From Vibrio alginolyticus NBRC 15630 = ATCC 17749 (lineage in GTDB: Bacteria; Pseudomonadota; Gammaproteobacteria; Enterobacterales; Vibrionaceae): a stretch of 32,000 nt of DNA. The position numbers and the translations under genes were made by a program. Where the stretch lies: the NCBI RefSeq assembly GCF_000354175.2, contig NC_022349.1, positions 1,290,001 to 1,322,000 of the forward strand, read 5' to 3'. This document shows, piece by piece, positions 1 through 8,881 of this stretch. Under the pieces are notes generated by a model. The model worked only from the letters and a program-made list of their open reading frames with translations. It had not been told where the DNA came from and did no database searches. The stretch's first letter is position 1. Each line of letters opens with the position of its first letter.

Positions 1-103
1 CTTCATTCATTACGGCGCCGACTGCGTCTGTCACTGACTCAGCCTTGGTTTGAATGTTCTGCGAGTAACTTGGCCAGTTTAATTGGGATAAGTGCCAAGT
101 CAT
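1..103 (-). CDS. Late gene cut off by the window edge (first 34 codons only), function unknown
   Basis: The ATG at 101-103 overlaps the TGA of the upstream gene (ATGA coupling). The frame stays open to position 1 (MTWHLSQLNWPSYSQNIQTKAESVTDAVGAVMNE...). Confidence 0.35.
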   Translation of the reverse strand, partial: MTWHLSQLNWPSYSQNIQTKAESVTDAVGAVMNE

Positions 104-501
104 AAGCGGCCTTCAATTGTCATGGATTTCTCCGTAGGGCGTTGTGGTCGAATGGCCATCGTTACTACACCATCCTTTACATAGTCGCGCAGCGCTCTCC
201 GGTAGCTTCTCCAAACTGAAGCAGTTAGCGTAGAACGAGGATCGGAGTCTTCATGTAATGTGACTTGTCTATCCACATAAACCATTTCATGTGCCACCCA
301 TTGATTTTCTGCTTCAGCAAAAATGGATGGCTCTTCTTGACCAGGAACTGCATCTGGATATGTCCATATGCCATTTGATTGTAAGACAGCAGGCAACTTT
401 TCGGGTGGTGAAGGGATCTCTATCCATCCATGCGGAGGGGTACCTCCGACAACTTGAAAGCACCCTGTTCCCACTAATCCATATATTTGCTCTTTATCCA
501 T
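100..501 (-). CDS. Tail fibre assembly chaperone (P2 gpG position)
   Basis: 133 aa ORF starting 4 nt downstream of the tail fibre gene. Size and position match P2-family tail fibre assembly proteins. Confidence 0.6.
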   Translation of the reverse strand: MDKEQIYGLVGTGCFQVVGGTPPHGWIEIPSPPEKLPAVLQSNGIWTYPDAVPGQEEPSIFAEAENQWVAHEMVYVDRQVTLHEDSDPRSTLTASVWRSYRRALRDYVKDGVVTMAIRPQRPTEKSMTIEGRL

Positions 502-504
502 GCC

Positions 505-2283
505 TTACACCTTAACGCCCACAATCTTTCTCAAATAATGCTCACCTGAATAGGCGGTCACACCATCGTATTTTAGAGAAGTACCACCTCTAACCGATTG
601 AACTTCCTTACATGTCAAGGTAAACCCGTACTTGCCATCACTCTGCAAGATGACATAAAACTGGCCCAGCTCCATTGCTAATTGCACATCAACAATCGCG
701 CTAAGACTTAGCCCTGACGCCGCTGCATAACCACCTTCGGCTGTCACTATCAAGAAGTCGAAGTTTGTAATAGGCTCTGACGTTTTTAGCTTCGTATTAC
801 CTGGCGCTCTTCCATTCCACAAAATTGACCGCTTTGTATTTGATTTACTACTGAGTGCTTCTTGTAAACCTCTAATAGTAGAAATCGCTTGAGTGCCCGT
901 ATGATTAGCTCGGTTCTTTAAATGTGCGTCTGTTTGGTTTTTCGTAGCTTGAGTGGCAACTCCATCGAGCTTTTTCTTATCTGCTGCCGTCATTACCCCT
1001 GCATGAGATGCCGTCACCGCACTTAAAACAGCATCTTTACCTGTAGAACTCTTGATCGTTTGAGTTGTGGCATTGCGAGATGCCGTCAAGTTAGTTGCGA
1101 TATTCGCTTGCGCTCCAGCTTGTATGCCATCCAGCTTCTTCTTGTCTGCTGCGGTCATAACCCCGGCGCTAGATGTTGTTGCGGCACTTAAAGTGGCATC
1201 TTTACCCGTAGAGCTATTAACCGTTTGAGAATTGGCGTTGCGAGACACGCTCAAGTTAGTTGCTACATTGACTTGAGCCCCACTCTGAATCCCGTCTAAT
1301 TTTTTCTTATCGCTTGCACTCATCCAACCGGAGGCTGTTTTAGTGGCATTCTTAACATTCTTGTTGATGTATGACGCGACAGACTGAAAGACTCGTTTTG
1401 CACTCCATAGGCTACGGTGTTCATCCTCACCAGCTTCAGCTTGTTGCTGAGTGATAACATCCCACACACGCCAATCAGTAACATTGCCATGGGAGTCAAT
1501 GCCAGCAAGTCGAGCGATGTAATGCTGTTGACCGTTTTCATCAACGTAATTACTGAGTTCTGTTTTTGAGCTTCTTACTGTCGCTATGTTTTCCCAACGA
1601 GAGAGTGCGCTGCCTTGACGTACCACATCTAAGTACAAGCCGCAGGGAACGCCATCACTGACCACCACCTCTTTTTTTGAGAGCTCAACACGTAACCCTG
1701 AGACATAAACAACTCCGGGACTAACAACAAATGTGTTTGACTTTCCTTTAGCGACAACCGAGCAGCCACGTACAAAGGCCGAACCGCCATAATGGTCAAG
1801 GTTCACCAAACGTAAATCATCATCAATGCCCATTAAGCGCGCATGAAAATCTATCTGCCAAGTTCTTGGATCAACATGAATATTTGCTATCGCTGCAGCG
1901 CCACTGTATTCCTGCGCGACGGACTTAATAGTGGTCATGTTTTCTTCTTTAGTTTCCGTGTTCTTATACACGATCAAGCCACAGGAGTTCTCAACATGCT
2001 TGTCATGGAGGTAAATCGCATTGAACTTAAAACTCGGTGTGGTTGACTGAAGAATGACGGAATACACCAACGTATTACTATTAAGTCGCGCAGCCTGGTC
2101 CACTTTTTGACGATGCACGATATACGCTTCACTAGGCAAACCTAGGGCACGGTCAATCGGTGATTCAGCGTCCAAGTTAGGAATATGAGCAAACACAAAC
2201 TCGTTCATGTCTGTCGTACTACCCGCTGTAATTTTATCCACTAAATAGCGCTCAAACTGAGCAGGGATAATGGTTTGGCTCAT
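505..2283 (-). CDS. Tail fibre protein (P2 gpH position)
   Basis: 592 aa. Lies downstream of the gpJ/gpI-like baseplate genes. Has an internal 55-aa tandem repeat with the AGVMTAADKKKLDGIQ motif typical of phage fibre repeats. Confidence 0.8.
   Translation of the reverse strand: MSQTIIPAQFERYLVDKITAGSTTDMNEFVFAHIPNLDAESPIDRALGLPSEAYIVHRQKVDQAARLNSNTLVYSVILQSTTPSFKFNAIYLHDKHVENSCGLIVYKNTETKEENMTTIKSVAQEYSGAAAIANIHVDPRTWQIDFHARLMGIDDDLRLVNLDHYGGSAFVRGCSVVAKGKSNTFVVSPGVVYVSGLRVELSKKEVVVSDGVPCGLYLDVVRQGSALSRWENIATVRSSKTELSNYVDENGQQHYIARLAGIDSHGNVTDWRVWDVITQQQAEAGEDEHRSLWSAKRVFQSVASYINKNVKNATKTASGWMSASDKKKLDGIQSGAQVNVATNLSVSRNANSQTVNSSTGKDATLSAATTSSAGVMTAADKKKLDGIQAGAQANIATNLTASRNATTQTIKSSTGKDAVLSAVTASHAGVMTAADKKKLDGVATQATKNQTDAHLKNRANHTGTQAISTIRGLQEALSSKSNTKRSILWNGRAPGNTKLKTSEPITNFDFLIVTAEGGYAAASGLSLSAIVDVQLAMELGQFYVILQSDGKYGFTLTCKEVQSVRGGTSLKYDGVTAYSGEHYLRKIVGVKV
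961..1323 (-). repeat. 165-bp (55-aa) in-frame tandem repeat inside the tail fibre gene, about 2.2 copies
   Basis: The protein repeats (M)S/TA.DKKKLDGIQ.GAQ.N.ATNL..SRNA..QT..SSTGKDA.LSA.T.S.AGV at residues 321, 376 and 431. The DNA copies are clearly alignable by eye. Confidence 0.85.
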
Positions 2284-2289
2284 ACTGTA

Positions 2290-2886
2290 TTATTCCTCTA
2301 GTTTTGCACTAAATAGCTGCTGACTTTGGCTGAAACAGGCCGTACGAATGTGCACCTGAATGGGATAAACAACTTCAAATCGATATCGACGGCAAGTTCT
2401 CCCATACTGCTCTATGAGCACTTGAACCAACTTGCTGTTTTGCGAGATATCGCCATCACTTAGCTCAATAGTACAAACGTCCCACTGAACTTCGCTTTGA
2501 CGCTCTTTGAACTTAACGATGCCAATGCCTAGCCTTTCAAAAATCCGCTTGAAGCCCGCTACGCTACCTGCGTCTTTGGCGTTCACTTCTGCGTATTTCA
2601 CTCGCTTTCGAAATAGTGAAAGTGGCTCACTCTCAAACCTTTTGATATCTCTATCCCATGCCATTAATTCCAATGCTTTTTCGTTACAGGTCAACGCATC
2701 CATTTGGCGAAGCGGAAATAGCAGACTGCTCCAAACTATCTGGAAGAATGAAAAAACGCCTTTAGATAAAAAGTGAGGTTCTTTGACTTCATCCGCCGTC
2801 GTTCTTCCGTCCTGCCACCATGGGATCACTATTTCTGGTAAGCGAGGGGAATGTCGGCTTTGGTCGTAATTTCGAGACTCAGACAT
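2290..2886 (-). CDS. I: Baseplate/tail protein, gpI-like
   Basis: 198 aa. Its start overlaps the end of the gpJ-like gene and it lies directly upstream of the fibre gene. This is the P2 J-I-H synteny. Confidence 0.65.
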   Translation of the reverse strand: MSESRNYDQSRHSPRLPEIVIPWWQDGRTTADEVKEPHFLSKGVFSFFQIVWSSLLFPLRQMDALTCNEKALELMAWDRDIKRFESEPLSLFRKRVKYAEVNAKDAGSVAGFKRIFERLGIGIVKFKERQSEVQWDVCTIELSDGDISQNSKLVQVLIEQYGRTCRRYRFEVVYPIQVHIRTACFSQSQQLFSAKLEE

Positions 2887-4084
2887 CCACGAGTTCCTTA
2901 ACTGTGAGTGATTTCAAGCGAGGCTGTTCTAGCTTGCTGATAATGTCTTTTTGGACTTTTCCGTCTACGGTAAACCTTACCGATTCAACTTCCGTCATGT
3001 TGGTATGTATCTCAGTACCAAGCAAAGATAAGCTAAAACGATGCTCAGGTTTCGCGCGTGTCATTTCTGGGTAAGCTGCTGTTTCTCGAAAAGCCGCTCT
3101 AATCCTCGCTTCCACTTCAAGAAGTTCATTCACTTTGGTGGTACTGTCTAAGTTCTCAGCTAAGACGACATCCGCCGTGATCTCATGTTTCGTATCGGGA
3201 ATGGCTTTACAGGTAAGTACATCACCGTGACCGTGATGCCCTTTAGACATTATGTGCTCATTTAGCTGTTCAAGAACGGTTAGCGGGGTTGGTCCCACTT
3301 CCATCAAAATCAATGCTTCTGCTGAACCAGGGGTTATGTCCCCTGTATTTCTAAAATAGATGTTATCACTTCGGATCCCCGCTACGCTGGCGATGATAGA
3401 GCGATACACATCATCGATGTGCCATTCACCAGAACTAGTAAAGGCATTTTGAATACGAAGCGCTAACTCTTCATCAGTCTCTGCGTCAGCACCGAGTACA
3501 GAGAGCCAGTCAGGTTCATTCACCGCATCAACAATGCCCGGTATCGCTTCAGGAATAATGTTGAAATACCCCGCCGGCAAGTTAAATGCGGAGCCCGCTT
3601 CAAGTGCTTCGACAAGCACCTTACCCTTTAAGTGACCAGCCTCGATGATTCCAGGCTCAGTAACTTGAACTTTATACATAACGCCATCTATAGGTAGCGT
3701 TTGAATAACCGCCCCTTTCTCAATCGTCACCGCATCAGCAGCATTTGCTTTAGTTAGTGTGATGTAGCCTTGTGCTCTTTGAGCTACTTTCGGCGCGATA
3801 TTGTGCTCCCATGCTTTTAGGTCCAGAGCCCAACGCTCAGCGGTTGCCACGAACATATTGGGCATAACGTGCTGAGCCAATAGATGTCTAATCAGCCAAA
3901 CACATGGCGTGACCACTGCAGCGCGAACCCAACGCCAAAACGGTGACATTTCGGAGTCATTCGAAACCTTGCTACCAGCCCCCACGACTTCTTGTTTTAG
4001 TTTGGTTTCAAAGTCCTTTTCGGTAACTGGCACACCCGATTCACTTAGTACCTGAACAAAATCCGTACTTGGTCGTTTACTCAT
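2879..4084 (-). CDS. J: Baseplate J-like protein
   Basis: 401 aa. Start overlaps the stop of the upstream small baseplate gene. Size and position match the baseplate J/gp47 family. Confidence 0.75.
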   Translation of the reverse strand: MSKRPSTDFVQVLSESGVPVTEKDFETKLKQEVVGAGSKVSNDSEMSPFWRWVRAAVVTPCVWLIRHLLAQHVMPNMFVATAERWALDLKAWEHNIAPKVAQRAQGYITLTKANAADAVTIEKGAVIQTLPIDGVMYKVQVTEPGIIEAGHLKGKVLVEALEAGSAFNLPAGYFNIIPEAIPGIVDAVNEPDWLSVLGADAETDEELALRIQNAFTSSGEWHIDDVYRSIIASVAGIRSDNIYFRNTGDITPGSAEALILMEVGPTPLTVLEQLNEHIMSKGHHGHGDVLTCKAIPDTKHEITADVVLAENLDSTTKVNELLEVEARIRAAFRETAAYPEMTRAKPEHRFSLSLLGTEIHTNMTEVESVRFTVDGKVQKDIISKLEQPRLKSLTVKELVDV

Positions 4085-4431
4085 GCTTTCACCTCAAGTT
4101 CCCCATATTCATAAGCCTTAGCGGTTAAGGTGATATCACCAGTTTCTGTTTCTCTTGCTGTCGCTGAACCCGGTACCACTCTTACATCTCTCTCAGCAAG
4201 TTGCTCAATTTGCACCATTACATCAGCGCGTAACGCTGGGTTTCTTTCTGCAACCAATTGGCGAGCCAATCCTGATTCCATGATCGCGTGCTTAATGTCC
4301 TGCGCGATGCTGTATAAATCACTGCACTCTTTAGGTTGTTGGCCTGCGTCCATATCCCAGCCACCCTCGACCACTTTGATATCGTTGTAGCGCTTGCGTT
4401 CTGTTAAGTCGTTACCCCACATTGAGCTCAT
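4081..4431 (-). CDS. Small baseplate protein (gpW / Mu gp46 position)
   Basis: 116 aa between the tape measure and gpJ-like genes, overlapping both neighbours. Called on synteny only. Confidence 0.5.
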   Translation of the reverse strand: MSSMWGNDLTERKRYNDIKVVEGGWDMDAGQQPKECSDLYSIAQDIKHAIMESGLARQLVAERNPALRADVMVQIEQLAERDVRVVPGSATARETETGDITLTAKAYEYGELEVKA

Positions 4432-6391
4432 CCCACTCGGCTAATTGGTCTGGTGTTATTCCGTTAGGGGCAGTGATATACACGTCGCCAAAAGAGCTAA
4501 CTCGACTAGCATCACTGTGATTGGTTGTTTTCATATTGTTCACCACTTGAGGAGGCAATCGTGGCTCGTTGCTCTTCCCTTTATATTCGATAAACGGTTG
4601 AGGCGATTGAGTATCTAGATTTGGAGCTTCAACATTGATGCTTGGCTGAGAAATAACCTGGCTTTCTGCAATTTTGAACGGCGCCATTTGCTCTGGCTTA
4701 TATCCATAAACGTCTTGGTTCGTCGCTATCGCAGACTCGTAACTCATTTGAGGTTTAAGTAGTTCTAATTGCTTAACTTCTGACGCATCACCCGGAGCTA
4801 GGTTCTGTGATATAGGAGTACTGTGTTCAGCTTGGACGGCCGTTGTCATCTCTGGCGTTTCAATTTGGCTCCCCAGTTCAATATCAACACCTGGGATCAT
4901 ATTGAGTAAATCAACGAGTCCTTCGATAGCATAAGCAATAACATCAAACCAAGCCGTATCTTTAAACGCGGAGGTTAAGTCGTCCCACCAATAGATTGCC
5001 GCAGCAATACCACCTATAAGCAGCGCTATACCAGCGACAACCCAAGTTAACGGGTTGGCCCAAAGCGCGGCGTTAAACAGCCATGCAGCAGCAGTACTCG
5101 CCAGCGTACTAGTACGCAGTAGTTTCATGATGCTATTTAAACTCGTCATGGTAACCGTCCAACCAGCAGACATCATTTGCCCGATACCCATGGCAAGCGA
5201 CAATGTTGCAATCACCCCGCCAAGAGACAGGCCTGCGATAGCGACATAGCCAAGAATTTCAGCAAGCCAAGGAAATTGGTCCGTCCAACCAACAATCACC
5301 ATTAAGCCGTCAGCCATGGTGCCTACAACCGAATTGATTGAAGGAAGAATCGCACCAAATACCGCAGCACGAACCGCAAACCATGCCGCTTCTAACCGTT
5401 CCCACTGATCTGTCATGGTGCTGGCCATTTGCTCAGCCTTCGACATTCCCTCGATTTGACCAAGTTGGTCAATACTGCCTGCGAGTCCTTCGGTATCAGC
5501 CATTAATAACTTAATCATGCTAACGGCTTCTTCTGAGCCGAATGCCTTTTTCAAATCAGCCGCTTCAGCAACACTTAAGGTGTCACCATATTTACCTTTC
5601 AATTGTTCAAGAATATCTAGCATAGGCAGCATCTGACCTTGGCTATCGGTAAACGACAAATTGAGCTTATCTTGAGCGTTGGCCACACCCGCTAAGAATG
5701 CTTTGTATTTGGTACCCGCTTCGCTGCCACTCATGGTTGATTGAAGAGTGCCTAAAATCGCCATCTGCTCTTCGATAGCAACTCCTGCACTGGTCGCATT
5801 CGCTCCGATGCTAGTAAAAGCACTACTCATGCCTGCGCCTGTAGTCTTAAACATTTCAACAGACTGCGCGGTCATGCCGGCAATTTGTTTGGACCAAATA
5901 CCAACCCCAATTTCATCAGCTTGATTTTTGAAAACACCATACATGGTGCCCATATAATCCGTAATAGTTGCTGTATCAGCCTTAGTCGCAGCAGCTAAAA
6001 CGGCAGAGCTTTTGGTGATGTCAGAAAGGCTGCCTCCATCAATATCACCAAATGCTGACTTGATATCATATGAGGCGCCGACAATATCTGTTGCGGATTT
6101 CCCGTACTCTGCCGATGTCCAAAGTGCGGTCTTTGAAAGCTTCGTGAGATCCTCATCCAGAACCCCTAACGACTTCACTTCGCCTAGCTTTCTATCCATT
6201 TCAATCGCTGGCATCAGCGCATTTTGAATAGCAAAGCCCGTGGCAACTAAACCCGCACCACCTGCCGCCATGTTTTGCATGCCTTGCTTACCAGCATCCA
6301 TCGAAGCTTGTACTTCTTTAGTAATCCCCTGCAGCGGCTTGGTGACTTGATCAACCAACGCTATGTGCATCAACAGTTTTTCCATGCTCAT
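4412..6391 (-). CDS. Tail tape measure protein
   Basis: 659 aa, Ala/Gly/Met-rich and helical. Has a hydrophobic central block (residues ~370-470). Lies directly downstream of the frameshifting chaperone gene. Confidence 0.85.
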   Translation of the reverse strand: MSMEKLLMHIALVDQVTKPLQGITKEVQASMDAGKQGMQNMAAGGAGLVATGFAIQNALMPAIEMDRKLGEVKSLGVLDEDLTKLSKTALWTSAEYGKSATDIVGASYDIKSAFGDIDGGSLSDITKSSAVLAAATKADTATITDYMGTMYGVFKNQADEIGVGIWSKQIAGMTAQSVEMFKTTGAGMSSAFTSIGANATSAGVAIEEQMAILGTLQSTMSGSEAGTKYKAFLAGVANAQDKLNLSFTDSQGQMLPMLDILEQLKGKYGDTLSVAEAADLKKAFGSEEAVSMIKLLMADTEGLAGSIDQLGQIEGMSKAEQMASTMTDQWERLEAAWFAVRAAVFGAILPSINSVVGTMADGLMVIVGWTDQFPWLAEILGYVAIAGLSLGGVIATLSLAMGIGQMMSAGWTVTMTSLNSIMKLLRTSTLASTAAAWLFNAALWANPLTWVVAGIALLIGGIAAAIYWWDDLTSAFKDTAWFDVIAYAIEGLVDLLNMIPGVDIELGSQIETPEMTTAVQAEHSTPISQNLAPGDASEVKQLELLKPQMSYESAIATNQDVYGYKPEQMAPFKIAESQVISQPSINVEAPNLDTQSPQPFIEYKGKSNEPRLPPQVVNNMKTTNHSDASRVSSFGDVYITAPNGITPDQLAEWDELNVG

Positions 6392-6421
6392 CGCGTAATA
6401 CTCACTCGCTCTTTATGTCTG

Positions 6422-6888
6422 TTAATGACTAAACAGTCGGCTGATAGCACTCATTACTGCTCTTTCTTCGCGTTCGAACTGGTGTTTGTCCAGCCAGATA
6501 GCGCGACTTAAACTTCTTTCATCGTCTGGCTCACTCGGCAAAAAATGACGACGAAGGGCAAAGGCTTGTTCCAAAGGATTGTCTTCAATCCGCTTTGCCC
6601 TATCTGTTATTTTTTTAGTGTGATTTCGATACCACCTTTAGAAGCGTTACTTACCGTGGCATAAAGCTCGATAGTTAAGCCAGGAACGCTATCAAGTAAC
6701 TCAGTGAGCTCATCTTTTTGCTCTGGGTTCACGGTACGCGTTAAGTACGTATAGGCAGGCGCGACTTTGTTGTTAGGCATCATGTCATTGGTATAGTTAT
6801 TTGCATCCTGTACCGTTGGCGTAAATACGAAGTCAGTGCCACCGATAGCGACTACGACAGGTTTTGATGTGAAGGTAGGTTTAGTCAT
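6422..6888 (-). CDS. Tail assembly chaperone, -1 frameshift form (P2 gpE+E'-like)
   Basis: After the A AAA AAA heptamer the -1 frame stays open for 62 codons (ITDRAKRIEDNPLEQAFALRRHFLPSEPDDERSLSRAIWLDKHQFEREERAVMSAISRLFSH*). It stops at 6422-6424, 31 nt before the tape measure ATG. Confidence 0.65.
6607..6888 (-). CDS. E: Tail assembly chaperone, short form (P2 gpE-like)
   Basis: The likely start is the internal Met (MTKPTFTSKP...) at 6888, giving 93 aa. The gene ends CTA AAA AAA TAA and lies directly upstream of the tape measure gene. Confidence 0.7.
   Translation of the reverse strand: MTKPTFTSKPVVVAIGGTDFVFTPTVQDANNYTNDMMPNNKVAPAYTYLTRTVNPEQKDELTELLDSVPGLTIELYATVSNASKGGIEITLKK
6610..6616 (-). 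promoter_or_regulatory. Slippery heptanucleotide A AAA AAA (programmed -1 ribosomal frameshift site)
   Basis: Seven T on the plus strand, equal to A AAA AAA in the chaperone zero frame, immediately 5' of its TAA. Confidence 0.65.
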
Positions 6889-7183
6889 TTTTACTTCTCT
6901 TCTTGTTTTCGTGCTTAGCACGCCATTGCAAATAATCTTCAATCTGGTTATCACACTCAGTCAGTGCGTTTTTCAGTTTGGGAATGTCGTCGGTAACCAC
7001 TTCCGGCCATGTCCCTTGAACTTGTGGTTTTGAACAGGGCACCAACATTCCAGCAGGTGGCAATTTCATGAACACCTGCATTGCGACGGTTTCAGTAGGG
7101 GTCGCGCAGGCGGTCAGTAACAGTGGCAGGGATATGGCACTGAACGTTTGCCAGCTCTGTTTTAAGTGCTGCCAGGTCTGCAT
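6881..7183 (-). CDS. Outer-membrane spanin lipoprotein (Rz1/LysC-like, overlapped type)
   Basis: Signal peptide with lipobox SLPLLLTAC. Starts out of frame inside the i-spanin gene and extends beyond it. Confidence 0.7.
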   Translation of the reverse strand: MQTWQHLKQSWQTFSAISLPLLLTACATPTETVAMQVFMKLPPAGMLVPCSKPQVQGTWPEVVTDDIPKLKNALTECDNQIEDYLQWRAKHENKKRSKND

Positions 7184-7433
7184 TGAGTTTTTCCTTTGCT
7201 GCTATGTGTTGCCGTTGCCGCTGAACTAACATGTTGTTAGCTTGCTCACTTTCACCCTTCAAAAATTCAATGGTGGTTAAGTTGATTTGGTTGTCTGCTT
7301 CTGCCTTGGTGAGCTTTTCACTTAATGTGGTTTTCTCTGCTTTGACGGTATGAAGCTGCAGCTTCAGCACCGCGATGGTCGTCACCAACACCGCAATACC
7401 AATCCACTTAATCCATTTCCATGCAGCGATCAC
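7092..7433 (-). CDS. Inner-membrane spanin (Rz/LysB-like)
   Basis: 113 aa. N-terminal TM helix (WIKWIGIAVLVTTIAVL) followed by a charged coiled-coil-like region. Lies directly downstream of the endolysin gene. Confidence 0.7.
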   Translation of the reverse strand: MIAAWKWIKWIGIAVLVTTIAVLKLQLHTVKAEKTTLSEKLTKAEADNQINLTTIEFLKGESEQANNMLVQRQRQHIAAKEKLNADLAALKTELANVQCHIPATVTDRLRDPY

Positions 7434-7998
7434 GTTCTAATCCTCTTCGAGTGACGAGTCCTTTAAGCACAACGCCCTGACTCTTTACCCACTCCGTAAT
7501 GTGACCGCAGGCTTTGGGATAATTGCCATATTTGATTGCTTCGTAAATCCGAGTGTCAGAGCCGTCCTTATTTTTGCGAAACTTGGTACACCCGAAGTTG
7601 AAAACAAAGCTGGTAAATGCGTCAAATTGACCCGTGCTCATTTGCGCTCCTGAAATCCTTTCTGCATTGGTCACACATCGTTCGGCCGATTGAATGTTTT
7701 TCACCCAGTCGATCGCGACTTGCTCCAATGTGATTGGCGTATCTGGCACACCATGAGTATTCCCAATTCCATTCGTAGGAATACCTCCCGGACAAACGTA
7801 AGGGTTCTGCCGGCATCCCTCTGCATCACCAATCAACTTCAGTCCTTTAGGGGTGATGCGCAGCGTTCCTAAGTCTCGTTCCGATACCACAACTTGCCCA
7901 ATGGGCTGCGTCAATTCTGGTCCATAAACAGCCGTACCACCTGTTACCAAGCCGATCACAGCGACTACAGAACAAATGATGCGCTTAGTCAGTTTCAC
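7408..7998 (-). CDS. SAR endolysin, T4-lysozyme-like (GH24) muramidase
   Basis: The catalytic triad spacing E-x8-C-x5-T is present in DAEGCRQNPYVCPGGIPTNGIGNTHG. The N-terminal Gly/Ala-rich helix IICSVVAVIGLVTGGTAVYG resembles a signal-anchor-release domain. Confidence 0.85.
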   Translation of the reverse strand: MKLTKRIICSVVAVIGLVTGGTAVYGPELTQPIGQVVVSERDLGTLRITPKGLKLIGDAEGCRQNPYVCPGGIPTNGIGNTHGVPDTPITLEQVAIDWVKNIQSAERCVTNAERISGAQMSTGQFDAFTSFVFNFGCTKFRKNKDGSDTRIYEAIKYGNYPKACGHITEWVKSQGVVLKGLVTRRGLERDRCMEMD

Positions 7999-8194
7999 TC
8001 AGTGCTACTCCTTTTTCGCTAGCAATACGTTGCATTGCTCGCTTGTGCCAATAGTTCAATCCCAGTGCTGCAAGGCCAATCACTAGTGATAAAATGAAAT
8101 ACCACTGTTCAAATGTCAGCTTGCTGAAAGTCATTCCTGCCAATGACACAAGGTAAGCAACTCCACTGGTTAATTTGTCGAACCAATCTTTCAT
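7985..8194 (-). CDS. Holin, 2-TM class (pinholin-like)
   Basis: 69 aa with two hydrophobic segments and a charged C-terminus. Overlaps the endolysin start. Confidence 0.7.
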   Translation of the reverse strand: MKDWFDKLTSGVAYLVSLAGMTFSKLTFEQWYFILSLVIGLAALGLNYWHKRAMQRIASEKGVALSETD

Positions 8195-8198
8195 ATCG

Positions 8199-8405
8199 TT
8201 ACTCCAAATTAGCCTGGCAAGGGGCGCAAAACCGGCACCCCGCTATAGCTATCTGACGCCCTTCAGGGATAGGGTCACCACACTCAAGACATTCTTTTGC
8301 ACTCTCTCGTTCGCTTGTCTTCATAGACTGTTTAAGCTGGTTTGCGATTGCCATTTCAGTAAACTTGGTTTCGTTACTACTAGCATGGTCGATAAAGTCA
8401 GGCAT
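8199..8405 (-). CDS. DksA/TraR-family C4 zinc-finger protein
   Basis: 68 aa with CLECGDPIPEGRQIAIAGCRFCAPCQ, i.e. CxxC-x17-CxxC. Confidence 0.8.
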   Translation of the reverse strand: MPDFIDHASSNETKFTEMAIANQLKQSMKTSERESAKECLECGDPIPEGRQIAIAGCRFCAPCQANLE

Positions 8406-8425
8406 TCGTTCTCTCTCTGATAGGC

Positions 8426-8878
8426 TTAAAGCAAACCGCGGGTATCATCATTACTTAGGTATGAGATGCCATTAATGCGAACAAAGTGAGGGCTCGTCAC
8501 AAAGCCTTTAAGCTTGCGCTTGGTTTTATCACTGCTGTTTGGATCAACACTAAGTAAATCTGAGATTTGAAGCTTCACACCAAACAACTCTACTTTGTCT
8601 TCATCATCGCCAGTATTTGCATAGAACATACAGTCGTGTGGCTTAATACCGCGCCAACTGCCAGCTTCGCGAGCTTTTTGTTGAAGCTTACGGAAGTTGT
8701 TCAAGTCCAGCTCATACTCAACATCACAACTCACAGCTCCATGAGTAAATCCAGTGGGAATGCCGCGCTCTTTATCAACAGCAGACTCATCATTGATGGT
8801 TGCTGTAGCCGACTCCACATGAACCAAAATCCCCAGCATGTTTATGTCGAAGCTTCGCCCTGTATAACGAGAATTCAT
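8426..8878 (-). CDS. Tail tube protein (P2 FII position)
   Basis: 150 aa immediately downstream of the sheath-sized gene. Called on synteny and size only. Confidence 0.55.
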   Translation of the reverse strand: MNSRYTGRSFDINMLGILVHVESATATINDESAVDKERGIPTGFTHGAVSCDVEYELDLNNFRKLQQKAREAGSWRGIKPHDCMFYANTGDDEDKVELFGVKLQISDLLSVDPNSSDKTKRKLKGFVTSPHFVRINGISYLSNDDTRGLL

Positions 8879-8881
8879 TGT

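Noticed and set aside
4081-6391. Apparent absence of gpV (spike), gpU, gpD, gpR and gpX homologues around the tape measure and baseplate genes
   Set aside because: This is probably not a real deletion. In HP1/K139-type phages the U/D-like genes lie beyond the tail fibre genes, which would be left of position 1. The truncated ORF at 1-103 shows the operon continues.
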